From a virus (taxonomy: Duplodnaviria > Caudoviricetes): 26,332 nt of DNA. Numbering within the stretch: position 1 is the stretch's first letter; every line of letters begins with the position of its first letter. Of the stretch, positions 9,476 through 17,921 are shown piece by piece. The stretch is from positions 1 to 26,332 of IMG/VR virus record IMGVR_UViG_3300037511_000238; one strand, written 5' to 3'. The notes beneath the pieces were generated by a model. The model was not told the origin of the DNA. It made no database searches and saw only the letters and a program-made list of their open reading frames with translations. The translations under genes were made by a program, and so were the position numbers.

Positions 9476-9825
9476 TATTTATATGAATCCCTTTTATTAC
9501 TTTTTCTGCAAATAGGGGCTCCCTTTTTTGTCATTTCATTGTGTCTAATTTTTCCTGAGCCTCCAATTGCCAGTTTAACTTCCCCACCTTTTGCAAAAGC
9601 TTTACGAGTAGGTTTTTCTCCTTTCATATCGGACTCATAATTTATATGAGGACGCTTGCTAGAAGCCTTTTCTCCAATCATTTCTCTTTCATAAACAGAA
9701 CCACCTGAAGCCTTCTTAACGCTTCCACCTTTCTTGAAGGCTTTCGTCTTTTCTTTCCCTTCAGATTTAAACATCTTTTCAGCTTTACTTCTCATTGCAT
9801 CTTTACCTTGATATCCTGCTTTCAT
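9475..9825 (-). CDS. Basic protein with repeated xxGG motifs
   Basis: KAFKKGGSV, KKASGGSV, KAFAKGGEV, KLAIGGSG; ATGA overlap with the portal stop. Confidence 0.65.
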   Translation of the reverse strand: MKAGYQGKDAMRSKAEKMFKSEGKEKTKAFKKGGSVKKASGGSVYEREMIGEKASSKRPHINYESDMKGEKPTRKAFAKGGEVKLAIGGSGKIRHNEMTKKGAPICRKSNKRDSYK

Positions 9826-12320
9826 TGTTTCACCTCATGATGTGTGTTGATTGGTTGTTTCACTTGCTTAAGTTCGGCTATTTCTCTATTAGCCTCATTC
9901 TTTTCAGAATTTATGTCTCTTTGAGATTCTATTTTTAGTTTTTCTCCCTCAAACTTTAATTGAGCTTTAAATGTTTCAGCTTCAACTTTTAATTTAATCG
10001 CTTCATAATTTAATTGGGCTGCTTCTCTTCTTTGTTCAATTTCAGCCATCATTACGGCATTTGGATCTATAGGTTTAGGCTGCTCTTCTTGAGCTTTTTT
10101 CATCATTTCTTGTCTTTCTTGTTCTTCTTTCGCATCCATAGAAGAAATCATGTTTTGAACTTCAGGAACCTTAATCAATTCATTAGGAGGAAGTTTGTAC
10201 CATTCTCCTATTTGATTCATTCTGTTCTGAATTTGCATAATCATGTTAGGATCTGGATTCATTTGAATCTGTTGTTGAGCTTGTTGAACTTCTTGAGACA
10301 TATTTTCTAAAGCAATATAAGATTTATGAACTTGAGAATGTTCCATAATAGAAACGTACGCAACTGGATTTAAGCTTTGAACTTCCATTCCAAATTTAAG
10401 ATGCAAAGGAAGATGTGATTTATGATCTTGATATGGCGCAACCACTATTCCCTTATTTGCCATAACATACATATTTTCACTTATAGCATCTAAAGATGCA
10501 TCTACATTTTCAGGCTTTAATACTTTATCTATGTCTTCGACATTCATAGCCTTAAGCATGTTTTTATGTATTTCTCTCATATCATATAAATCAGAAGCAG
10601 TATTTGCTAAAGACATCAATGACTGAGCCAACATTATTCTATGTGTGCTTGTTAATATGTTAGGATTTGATACAGGAATAATATTTATGCTATCATTAAA
10701 ATCTTTCCTCATTATGAATGATTCGCCACCCGGAACTTTAAATGGGTACGGCTCGTCTTCTAAATATTCTCCAAATAAATTGTATAAAAGCTTTAATTCA
10801 TTTCCTAAAGAAACATGACAAGATCTTAAAATAGTAGATTGTACTTTTGAACTCTTTTCAATTGAAGCTAAAGCTGTTCCAACAGGTGTATTTGTTCCTA
10901 TCTCAGGAATACCCATCTCAGCAGTCGCCGCTAACTCAGAAGCATCTTTCTTTAATTCTTCTCTTAATGATGCTAAAACTTGAGAGGGCTCTCCATAAGG
11001 CATCAGCATTACGTTTTCACTTATTGGATATCCGCCCGTGTCAATTTCTAAAAATTCACAAGGACCAATAGCAACATTATTATTTTCAGATTTACTATGC
11101 TTTGTTTTTAATCCACCAGGGAAATTCTTTAGAGTTCCTGCATCTATTAATTGTCTTTCTATATCAGTTAATGCTACCGCATTAGAGCCCAATAAATTAG
11201 CTAAACCAGTCCCATATATTCCAAATCCAGGCAAAAAGTACCAGTTAACAAAATATTGTTTTCTTGTAAATTTACTATCCTTCTCATTCCAATTTCTTTT
11301 TATGCTAGCTATTTTTTTTGTAGATACATTAATTGTTACAACATAAGGTTTAGGTAAATTTTTATCATCTTTAGAACTAATTTTTAAGTCTTCATCAAAC
11401 AAATCTACATGAACCTCATAGTATTTAAATAAATTTTTATTCTCTGTAGAATTTGTATCAATTCCTTCTATCTGCTTAATAGTTTTTGTTACCTTAGACT
11501 TATCTTCAGTTTCTTCACTTACGGCAGGTAAATCATATTTTATAAAATCACCAGACATCTCTCTCAGTACGATATCTTTTCTATCTAGATAAATAACTTG
11601 TGTTATTCTATTTGATGTTAGGAGAGAATTAGTGTTTGGGTTTACAATCAGGTCTTGAGGTTTTATAGTTCTTGCGACTGGCATTTCTAGAATGGGGTCT
11701 TGATATATTTTTCTAAAAGCGCTTCCAAAAAGAATCATGTATAGTAATAATGTTTCTGAATCTGGATAATAATCTTTATCTCTATCTGTTAGGTAATAAT
11801 TTAAGAAAATTTTGACTCTTTCTGCTTCATCTTCTGTTTTCTTTGTTGGGATCCCTAATATTTCTGATTCAGCGGGTCCTTCTGGAGGAAATAACTCTGC
11901 TCTTAAGGTTGCATAATTACTTATTAAAGCTTTTGCTAATGTGCTATCGTAAGCTGCGCATGCTCTCATGAATGGAACATTTCTGGATTCTTCTATCTTG
12001 AACCCAAGGTATTTCATTATTATGTTTACGTTAGATTCCCATTCTTTCCTTGCATCCAAATCTTCATTTATTTCGTCTATTAATCTAATGCAAAGGTTTT
12101 CAAGGACTGCACTTTCCATGTCTTCAGCAAGGTTTCTGTAAAAGTCTTCTTCTGCTTTTTCTTCCTCTTCTTCCCTACCTTTATCTAATAAGAATGTTAT
12201 TGAACCGTCAGAATCTTTTCCAAGACTAACCAAATCATCTTCTTTTAATTCAGGATTGGGGTAATCCAGAGGAATATCCTCTAGTTGCTCAAATAATTCA
12301 GACCTCATTCCTTGACTCAA
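9822..12320 (-). CDS. Portal protein (podovirus/P22-like type)
   Basis: 832 aa; F..NLAE, D..RKEW, ELFP..GP, GSAFRKIY.D, FLPGFG.YG.GL..L.G, RQL.DAGTL.N.PGG, EPSQVL, PVGT..A, PVS.PN motifs and a Gln-rich coiled-coil tail. Confidence 0.88.
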   Translation of the reverse strand: MSQGMRSELFEQLEDIPLDYPNPELKEDDLVSLGKDSDGSITFLLDKGREEEEEKAEEDFYRNLAEDMESAVLENLCIRLIDEINEDLDARKEWESNVNIIMKYLGFKIEESRNVPFMRACAAYDSTLAKALISNYATLRAELFPPEGPAESEILGIPTKKTEDEAERVKIFLNYYLTDRDKDYYPDSETLLLYMILFGSAFRKIYQDPILEMPVARTIKPQDLIVNPNTNSLLTSNRITQVIYLDRKDIVLREMSGDFIKYDLPAVSEETEDKSKVTKTIKQIEGIDTNSTENKNLFKYYEVHVDLFDEDLKISSKDDKNLPKPYVVTINVSTKKIASIKRNWNEKDSKFTRKQYFVNWYFLPGFGIYGTGLANLLGSNAVALTDIERQLIDAGTLKNFPGGLKTKHSKSENNNVAIGPCEFLEIDTGGYPISENVMLMPYGEPSQVLASLREELKKDASELAATAEMGIPEIGTNTPVGTALASIEKSSKVQSTILRSCHVSLGNELKLLYNLFGEYLEDEPYPFKVPGGESFIMRKDFNDSINIIPVSNPNILTSTHRIMLAQSLMSLANTASDLYDMREIHKNMLKAMNVEDIDKVLKPENVDASLDAISENMYVMANKGIVVAPYQDHKSHLPLHLKFGMEVQSLNPVAYVSIMEHSQVHKSYIALENMSQEVQQAQQQIQMNPDPNMIMQIQNRMNQIGEWYKLPPNELIKVPEVQNMISSMDAKEEQERQEMMKKAQEEQPKPIDPNAVMMAEIEQRREAAQLNYEAIKLKVEAETFKAQLKFEGEKLKIESQRDINSEKNEANREIAELKQVKQPINTHHEVKQ

Positions 12321-12341
12321 AATAATTACTCATCTAAATAA

Positions 12342-12440
12342 ATGTATATACATCCAAACATTAGATATGTAGTATGTATAAAATAATAATAATAAACGGA
12401 TCTTATTTTGTAAAGTTATTTAGATAAATGTATATACATT
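12342..12440 (-). promoter_or_regulatory. Putative portal-operon promoter bracketed by two palindromic operator-like sites
   Basis: Minus strand TTTACA (12414-12409) - 17 nt - TATTAT (12391-12386); palindromes ATGTATATACAT at 12342-12353 and AATGTATATACATT at 12427-12440. Confidence 0.5.
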
Positions 12441-12607
12441 GAGCGATGTTTTACTTTTTTCTGCTGATTATTAGTTTATTGGTAGTGAATCGGTAATATC
12501 TTAAAAAAGGAGAATACTGTGCATTTTTTATAAGGGTTATCTCCTATAGACAGCTTAATAATAAGTAGTGTATATTCACGATATCTATTAAAGATTGAGG
12601 AAAGAAA

Positions 12608-12865
12608 ATGAAATACGAAGGTTGCCTTGGTTGGCTTTATAAGCTAAGAGAAGATCACCATAAAAGATTGGATCTCTATGAAGAAGGTTTAATTAAGAGA
12701 AATAATGCCAATAGATGCATAGTTTCTTGTATAGCAGGAAGAAATGCAGTTGAAAAAATGTACAAAGAAGCGGAAGAAAGAAAAATTATAGAAGATAAAA
12801 CAAAAAGAGAATCTTATTTCAATGTTATTATTCCTGGAGGACCTTCCGTTCAGATAATGGCATAA
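12608..12865 (+). CDS. Hypothetical protein
   Basis: 85 aa ORF with GAGG RBS upstream; converges on array A. Confidence 0.55.
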   Translation: MKYEGCLGWLYKLREDHHKRLDLYEEGLIKRNNANRCIVSCIAGRNAVEKMYKEAEERKIIEDKTKRESYFNVIIPGGPSVQIMA

Positions 12866-12905
12866 AAATGGATTTATTTATGACATGGATGTCTTAATTA
12901 GTTCT

Positions 12906-13112
12906 TTATAATTCATACAAGATAGAATCATATACAGATTCCCATACAGAATCATATACAGATTCCCATACAGCATCCCATACAGAATTTACTACATAAT
13001 CACGTACAGAATCACTTACAGAATCATATACAAAATTGCGTACAGAATTACGTACAGAGTTCCATACAGAATCACTTGCAGAATTATATACAGAATATTT
13101 TACTGATTCCAT
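12906..13112 (-). CDS. SVxD microprotein A6
   Basis: MESVKYSVYNSASDSVWN...SVYDSILYEL; GGAGG RBS lies in the end of the previous unit. Confidence 0.7.
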   Translation of the reverse strand: MESVKYSVYNSASDSVWNSVRNSVRNFVYDSVSDSVRDYVVNSVWDAVWESVYDSVWESVYDSILYEL

Positions 13113-13279
13113 TCTTCCTCCAATATAGAATCACATACAGAATCACATACATAATCACATACGTAATCCCATACATAATCATTTACAGAATTAAATACAG
13201 AATTACGTACAGAATCACTTACAGAATTAAATACAGAATCCCATACAGAATTGCGTACAGAATCTCTTACTGATTCCAT
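13100..13279 (-). CDS. SVxD microprotein A5 (59 aa, not in ORF track)
   Basis: Manual translation: MESVRDSVRNSVWDSVFNSVSDSVRNSVFNSVNDYVWDYVCDYVCDSVCDSILEEEWNQ*. Confidence 0.7.
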   Translation of the reverse strand: MESVRDSVRNSVWDSVFNSVSDSVRNSVFNSVNDYVWDYVCDYVCDSVCDSILEEEWNQ

Positions 13280-13446
13280 GATTCCTCCAATATAGAATCA
13301 TATACAGAATAAAGTACAGAATCTAATACAGAATCATATATAGAATTACGTAAAGAATTATATACAGAATCATATATAGAATTACGTAAAGAATTATATA
13401 CAGAATCATATATAGAAATTGTTAAACTATTTTCTAATGATTCCAT
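13267..13446 (-). CDS. SVxD microprotein A4 (59 aa, not in ORF track)
   Basis: Manual translation: MESLENSLTISIYDSVYNSLRNSIYDSVYNSLRNSIYDSVLDSVLYSVYDSILEESWNQ*. Confidence 0.7.
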   Translation of the reverse strand: MESLENSLTISIYDSVYNSLRNSIYDSVYNSLRNSIYDSVLDSVLYSVYDSILEESWNQ

Positions 13447-13655
13447 GATTCCTCCAATATAGAATCATATATAGGCTCATATACAGAAACACTTACAGAA
13501 GTATTTACATAACCCCATACAGACTTCATTATAGACGAAATTATAGGATCATATACAGAATTCTCAATGGAATTCCATGAGGAACTCCGTAAAGAAAAAG
13601 ATAAATACTGTACTAGATAATCACTTACATTATCTTTATCTTTCACTGATTCCAT
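13434..13655 (-). CDS. SVxD microprotein A3 (diverged)
   Basis: MESVKDKDNV...IYDSILEESWNH; TAATG coupling to A2. Confidence 0.7.
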   Translation of the reverse strand: MESVKDKDNVSDYLVQYLSFSLRSSSWNSIENSVYDPIISSIMKSVWGYVNTSVSVSVYEPIYDSILEESWNH

Positions 13656-13819
13656 TATTCCTCTTCCAATATAGAATCATATACAGAATTAATTATAAAA
13701 TCACATACAGAATCACATACAGAATTGCGTACAGAATCACATACAGAACTCAATACAGAATCATATACAAAATCACTTGCAGAATTATATACAGGTACAG
13801 AATATTTTACTGATTCCAT
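13655..13819 (-). CDS. SVxD microprotein A2 (54 aa, not in ORF track)
   Basis: Manual translation: MESVKYSVPVYNSASDFVYDSVLSSVCDSVRNSVCDSVCDFIINSVYDSILEEE*. Confidence 0.7.
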   Translation of the reverse strand: MESVKYSVPVYNSASDFVYDSVLSSVCDSVRNSVCDSVCDFIINSVYDSILEEE

Positions 13820-14007
13820 TATTCCTCTTCCAATATAGAATCATATACAGAACTCCATACAGAATCACATACAGAATCATATACAGAATAAAGTACAGAT
13901 TCACATACATAATCATATACAGAATTACGTACAGACTCCCATACAGAATCATATACAGCTTTTATTAAAAATAAGCTTGTATCATATTCCACATCATCAG
14001 TCCGCAA
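13819..14007 (-). CDS. SVxD microprotein A1 (start TTG 14007 or GTG 13992)
   Basis: ...AVYDSVWESVRNSVYDYVCESVLYSVYDSVCDSVWSSVYDSILEEE; follows directly on the RQGDV gene. Confidence 0.6.
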   Translation of the reverse strand: MRTDDVEYDTSLFLIKAVYDSVWESVRNSVYDYVCESVLYSVYDSVCDSVWSSVYDSILEEE

Positions 14008-14353
14008 CTACTCTAATTTCTTCTGGAGAATATTCAATCTGACGAGAAATTTTATACACACCTTTTTCTATCATAATTGCTGCATGCTCTTCATGATATA
14101 ATTTTACAGGACTATCATTATTTACAACCAAGTATAAATGATTATCTTTTTTAAAATCTTCTTTATACTTGTATAAAGAAACATTATCTTCTTTAATTGC
14201 ATGTGCATGTCCATTTACTTCTCCATACGCTAATACAACTCTTCTCTCCATTCTTCCATTCGAAAAAGTATTATCTCTTTCAACTTCTTCTAACAATGAA
14301 AAATCTAAAACTTCTTCGATCTTTTCTATTAAAACATCACCTTGTCTATACAT
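13997..14353 (-). CDS. RQGDV / His-rich partner protein of DUF6745-like genes
   Basis: MYRQGDVL, LAYGEVNGHAHAI, L.HEEH..I....G.Y...RQ.EY motifs; AGGAG RBS. Confidence 0.75.
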   Translation of the reverse strand: MYRQGDVLIEKIEEVLDFSLLEEVERDNTFSNGRMERRVVLAYGEVNGHAHAIKEDNVSLYKYKEDFKKDNHLYLVVNNDSPVKLYHEEHAAIMIEKGVYKISRQIEYSPEEIRVVAD

Positions 14354-14394
14354 AGCTATCTCCTAAACAAAAATAAACATACCAAAATTAAATA

Positions 14395-15369
14395 TTATGT
14401 CTGAATACTCATTTTTTCAAACTGTTCTTTTGTCTTACCAAAAGTCCATGCTTGAGCCTGAATAGCATCACACATTTCACCTTTTAGAACGCCAGTTTTA
14501 TCTACTTCTTCTGTATGCGGAACTCTTAAAAAATAAACTTTTGATGTCCCATCTGGTTCTGGAGTACTGTTAATAACCTTTACCATCATTATCGGCTCAT
14601 CCCCTTCTAACTCTTCTTTATATAATTCAACAGAATTACCTAATTTATCTAGGTCCTTATGAATTAATTTAGCCCCACAATCTTCAATATATTTTTTTAT
14701 ATCATATTTATCTAACATGACTCTTCTTATTTCAACATTTTTCTGATTTTTAATTTTATCAACAGTTATCAACTCTGGCTGCTCTATAACATACTTAGGC
14801 ACTCTAACACCATTGATAGCATAAATGCTAAATCCATCCCTATAAGAGATAGCAGCACCTGCTGGATTATGAATCCTATTTCTATCGTCAAGACAAATAG
14901 AATTTGGCTTTTCTGAAACTATACATATTTCCTTAGAAGGAAAAAACCAACCAACTTCTTTTGCCGCTTCCATTAACCCATCTAGCTGTTTTAATTGAAA
15001 CTTTTCAGGAAATTCATTCCTAAAGAAATCAAAATATGATAACCATCCGGCTTCATGACATCCATAAACAGACTTCAACATATAATCTCTAATGTTCCGC
15101 TTCAAAGAATCCGAAAAAGAATTTACAGAATTTGGAACATTATTACTATTTATTGAATTCAGCATCTCTATTAAAATGAACATAGCCATCGGAGATTTAA
15201 CGAAATATATTTTCTTTGGCTCTTCTATACCTCCTCTATTATAAACAAGATTTATAGCCTTTACCGCCCTTTCTTCATTAATTTCTGAAGTACTTAAACC
15301 TATATCTATCCATTTTTTAACATAAAATGGAAATTTATCAGTCTGCTCTTTAGTTAAACTTTCAATCAT
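14395..15369 (-). CDS. DUF6745-like protein
   Basis: IESLT.EQ...F..YV.KW..IGL, YG.HEAGWL.YFDFF, RIHNP.G.AI.YRDGF..YAING, N.EIRRVML, VKV.NSTPEPDG..K.YFLRVP, AQAWTFG motifs recognised from this phage-associated family. Confidence 0.75.
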   Translation of the reverse strand: MIESLTKEQTDKFPFYVKKWIDIGLSTSEINEERAVKAINLVYNRGGIEEPKKIYFVKSPMAMFILIEMLNSINSNNVPNSVNSFSDSLKRNIRDYMLKSVYGCHEAGWLSYFDFFRNEFPEKFQLKQLDGLMEAAKEVGWFFPSKEICIVSEKPNSICLDDRNRIHNPAGAAISYRDGFSIYAINGVRVPKYVIEQPELITVDKIKNQKNVEIRRVMLDKYDIKKYIEDCGAKLIHKDLDKLGNSVELYKEELEGDEPIMMVKVINSTPEPDGTSKVYFLRVPHTEEVDKTGVLKGEMCDAIQAQAWTFGKTKEQFEKMSIQT

Positions 15370-15400
15370 TTTTTACACGCTCCATAACAATTTAAAACAT

Positions 15401-15733
15401 TCATTTAGAACATTCTTTTACATTTACAATTCCTAACTTAACCATATCTTTAAATCTTTTTGTATTTATTTCAGACTTATATTTTTCATGAAAACGTTTA
15501 GACATATCCTCAAAGAACTTAGATATCTGATACCTAATAAAAGATTCTGGAGACTTTCTAAAATAAATAGAAAATCTAAAAGCCAGCTCCTTAGAAACCT
15601 TCCTTTTCTTATTAATTATATTTGCTATAGTTGCCTTACTAACGCCCAAATCATTAGCTAGCTCGGTTTGATTTATATCCAATTTCTCCATCACTTCATT
15701 TAACATCTCTGATGGTGCAATATCAGTTTTCAT
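15401..15733 (-). CDS. HigA/VapI-like XRE-family HTH protein (likely start MKTDIA at 15733)
   Basis: APSEML.E...INQTELANDLGVSKATIANIINKKRKVSKELAFRFSIYFRKSPE...YQ follows the HigA antitoxin pattern; GAAGGAG RBS at 15742-15748. Confidence 0.78.
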   Translation of the reverse strand: MKTDIAPSEMLNEVMEKLDINQTELANDLGVSKATIANIINKKRKVSKELAFRFSIYFRKSPESFIRYQISKFFEDMSKRFHEKYKSEINTKRFKDMVKLGIVNVKECSK

Positions 15734-15780
15734 TTCGTCTTCTCCTTCATAATAATTGCAACTTTTTATTTGATACATAA

Positions 15781-15886
15781 AGTATATATAAAAAAAACAA
15801 TTTGTAAACACTTTTGTTAATTATCTATTTAATCAATTAAAAAATAGTTTTCAAAAGTGTTGACTTTTCTAAAAGTTAACTATACT
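15781..15886. promoter_or_regulatory. Divergent promoter region 1 (HTH/DUF6745/array A versus Omp gene)
   Basis: Minus: TTTACA (15808-15803) -16 nt- TATACT (15786-15781). Plus: TTGACT (15860-15865) -15 nt- TATACT (15881-15886). 10-bp inverted repeat 15807-15816 / 15852-15861. Confidence 0.5.
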
Positions 15887-15918
15887 GTACGTATCATTTA
15901 ACTTTTTTGGAGATATTT

Positions 15919-16485
15919 ATGAAAAAGATAGGCGTTATAGGTCTTATACTTTCATTGTTTTTTTTAAGTTTATCAATATGGGCTGATTGTAAGCCTTTAA
16001 ATTGTTACAATTATTATGTTGGTTTTGAATCTCAACTTAGAAATATTAATATAAGAAATCATACTCTACGTGGAAATTTTGAGCGAGAAGCTCTTCAAGG
16101 GAACATTCTAGGTGGTATTAAATTTGGTGAAGATATAGGGTTAGAATTTGGAACTTCTGTTTCAAAGAGCAAGCTTCTTTTGAATAGAGTTAAAGCAAGG
16201 TCTAATCATGTTTCTTTTGTTGGAGAGAAAGGTATTTATAATAACTTAAAATTAATAGGTGGTATAGGTCTGTCTTTTCTTAAGATAACAGCCAAACAAG
16301 GCTATTTAACTTCTAAATCTAAAAATAGTGGGCCTAGATTAATAGCAGGTCTTCATTCTGACATTAAAGATTTTATAAGTTTAAGAACTTCTGTTGTATG
16401 GGAGAAGAGTGAAAACATTAAGAGTCAAAATATAAATTATGGTAATAGTCTTATATATGGTATTGGATTATTGTTTAAATTTTAA
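15919..16485 (+). CDS. Outer-membrane beta-barrel protein (OmpA/Ail/Lom-like), start MKKIGV
   Basis: Signal peptide, alternating amphipathic strands (YYVG, GGIKF...IGLEFG, GGIGLS, RLIAG), terminal YGIGLLFKF beta-signal; GGAG RBS. Confidence 0.75.
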   Translation: MKKIGVIGLILSLFFLSLSIWADCKPLNCYNYYVGFESQLRNINIRNHTLRGNFEREALQGNILGGIKFGEDIGLEFGTSVSKSKLLLNRVKARSNHVSFVGEKGIYNNLKLIGGIGLSFLKITAKQGYLTSKSKNSGPRLIAGLHSDIKDFISLRTSVVWEKSENIKSQNINYGNSLIYGIGLLFKF

Positions 16486-16500
16486 TAAGAGGGCTTTATA

Positions 16501-16701
16501 ATGTGGGACTCCAAACCAATAGATGCTATTTTTGATCGTGCTGGTGTAGATTCTATGAGATCTTTTATTAAGACGCAAACAGGATGGAAACCTTTTTCGG
16601 AACTGATAGACTCTATCCCAAATTTAGCTAATAGGGTTGAAAAGTTAGAAAAAACTCTTGAATTATACAAGAAATGGATAGGAAGCCCGGATGAGTGTTG
16701 A
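16501..16701 (+). CDS. Hypothetical protein
   Basis: GAGGG RBS; overlaps the next gene; co-directional with the Omp gene. Confidence 0.55.
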   Translation: MWDSKPIDAIFDRAGVDSMRSFIKTQTGWKPFSELIDSIPNLANRVEKLEKTLELYKKWIGSPDEC

Positions 16702-16999
16702 AGACGTAGAAGAAGATATAGAAGATGAGGAATTAGAGCAAGATGAAGAGCCAGAATATGTACCAACACCTTCTGAGATATTCTTTTCTTTAATATCTCC
16801 AGGGATGAGAGATATGGGTTATAGTCTTATTATAGACTTTTCTACAGATTCAATAATTTTTGAATGTGTCAATTGTAATTTAAAAAATTATCTTCATAAA
16901 CAAGATTATCTTTCTAATTATAAAGAGAATTTTTTAAAATTGTATAAAGATGAATTATCACCGCATAAATATGAATGTAAAGGTTTAAAACATGATTGA
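16691..16999 (+). CDS. Hypothetical acidic protein with CxxC
   Basis: Acidic N-terminus, ECVNC and H.YEC; overlaps both neighbours. Confidence 0.55.
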   Translation: MSVEDVEEDIEDEELEQDEEPEYVPTPSEIFFSLISPGMRDMGYSLIIDFSTDSIIFECVNCNLKNYLHKQDYLSNYKENFLKLYKDELSPHKYECKGLKHD

Positions 17000-17216
17000 A
17001 CAAACATATAAAGTTACTTGTGATTTTTGTAAAAAAGATCTCACTTATAAAGAATGTTATGTTCATGAATTTATGGTATCTATAAGATATATAGAGAAAA
17101 AGTGGGAACCTGATAAAGTTCTTGTGTCATTCTCAAATTACCATCCATCTAAGGATTTTGAAAAAGACTTCTGTGACTTAAAATGCCTAAAAAATTTTTT
17201 ATTAGGAGAAAAGTAA
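16992..17216 (+). CDS. Small putative zinc-finger protein
   Basis: TCDFCKKDL ... DFCDLKCL (CxxC...FCxxxC, TRASH/zf-FCS-like). Confidence 0.6.
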   Translation: MIEQTYKVTCDFCKKDLTYKECYVHEFMVSIRYIEKKWEPDKVLVSFSNYHPSKDFEKDFCDLKCLKNFLLGEK

Positions 17217-17244
17217 TATTAAAATACTAGTTTCATTTCTATTG

Positions 17245-17910
17245 TTATTTTTCATTCATAGAATATGTTTTTTCTTTTTTTAAATTAATATAAAATTCTA
17301 GCCAATCATCATAATATTCCATATGAATATAAAAAGGCCTAAATGTTTTACCAACTCTTCTTATTATATGAGACCCTGTTTTAAACATAAAATCTATGTT
17401 TTTAATTTCTATAACCTTAATCATTTCTCCAAATTCGCATATTTCTCCAGTCGGTTCTAATCCATATTCTGGCTCCCAATCTATTTTTATAGAACCGTTA
17501 GATATTAATGTTTTTATTTCTTTTCTTGAAAAATAAGGTTCTCCAATTTTTTTCTTATGATATTTGTGATCAAATTTTACAAATAAATTCTTTGGATCAA
17601 AATAAGCTTTCTGAATCACATCAATTACATTAACCCCATTAGGGTGGTCTTCTCTATTATAGAGGATGGTCTCTTCCCATGTATCATCGCTGCCAAGAGA
17701 GAATCCGATATATGGAATATCTTCTTTTTTCAGATTATCATAAATTTCTTTTTCATCATTTTTAAAATCTTCATTAGCTCTTGAAAGCGATGCCATGTCA
17801 TATTCATACCTTTCTAAATTAAATTTAATATTTTTTAGTCTTTTTTCTTTATCAACTTTTTCTGTATCAACTTTTTCTGTATCAAATTTTTCTGTATCAC
17901 CTTGAATCAT
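17245..17910 (-). CDS. Hypothetical protein (likely start MIQGD at 17910)
   Basis: Long ORF; AGGAG upstream of ATG 17910; N-terminal DTEK[FV] repeats. Confidence 0.6.
   Translation of the reverse strand: MIQGDTEKFDTEKVDTEKVDKEKRLKNIKFNLERYEYDMASLSRANEDFKNDEKEIYDNLKKEDIPYIGFSLGSDDTWEETILYNREDHPNGVNVIDVIQKAYFDPKNLFVKFDHKYHKKKIGEPYFSRKEIKTLISNGSIKIDWEPEYGLEPTGEICEFGEMIKVIEIKNIDFMFKTGSHIIRRVGKTFRPFYIHMEYYDDWLEFYINLKKEKTYSMNEK
17851..17899. repeat. In-frame 15-bp tandem repeat x3
   Basis: atcaactttttctgt x2 plus atcaaatttttctgt, encoding DTEKFDTEKVDTEKVD. Confidence 0.85.
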
Positions 17911-17921
17911 TAACAATTCTC

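Larger units (their letters stand above)
12906..14007 (-). repeat. Array A: six tandem tetrapeptide-repeat microprotein genes (12-bp module TCT GTA NNN RAT)
   Basis: Junction motif (plus strand) gattccat-N-ttcctc...caatatagaatc recurs at ATGs 13112, 13279, 13446, 13655 and 13819. Confidence 0.9.

Noticed and set aside
303-11346. Plus-strand ORFs opposite structural genes (303, 4053, 4665, 5952, 7010, 8216, 8993, 9455, 10014, 10847, 11038)
   Set aside because: Antisense to well-supported minus-strand genes and without recognisable motifs.
12866-12905. Intrinsic terminators between convergent genes (also 17217-17244 and 25928-25944)
   Set aside because: No convincing GC-rich stem with a U-tract.
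13076-13968. Plus-strand ORFs with YRITYRII repeats (13076, 13577, 13777; also 22638) and the alternate-frame minus ORF 22628-22825
   Set aside because: Shadow frames of the 12-bp module; they lack RBSs, whereas the SVxD frame has a consistent RBS, start and stop in the units.
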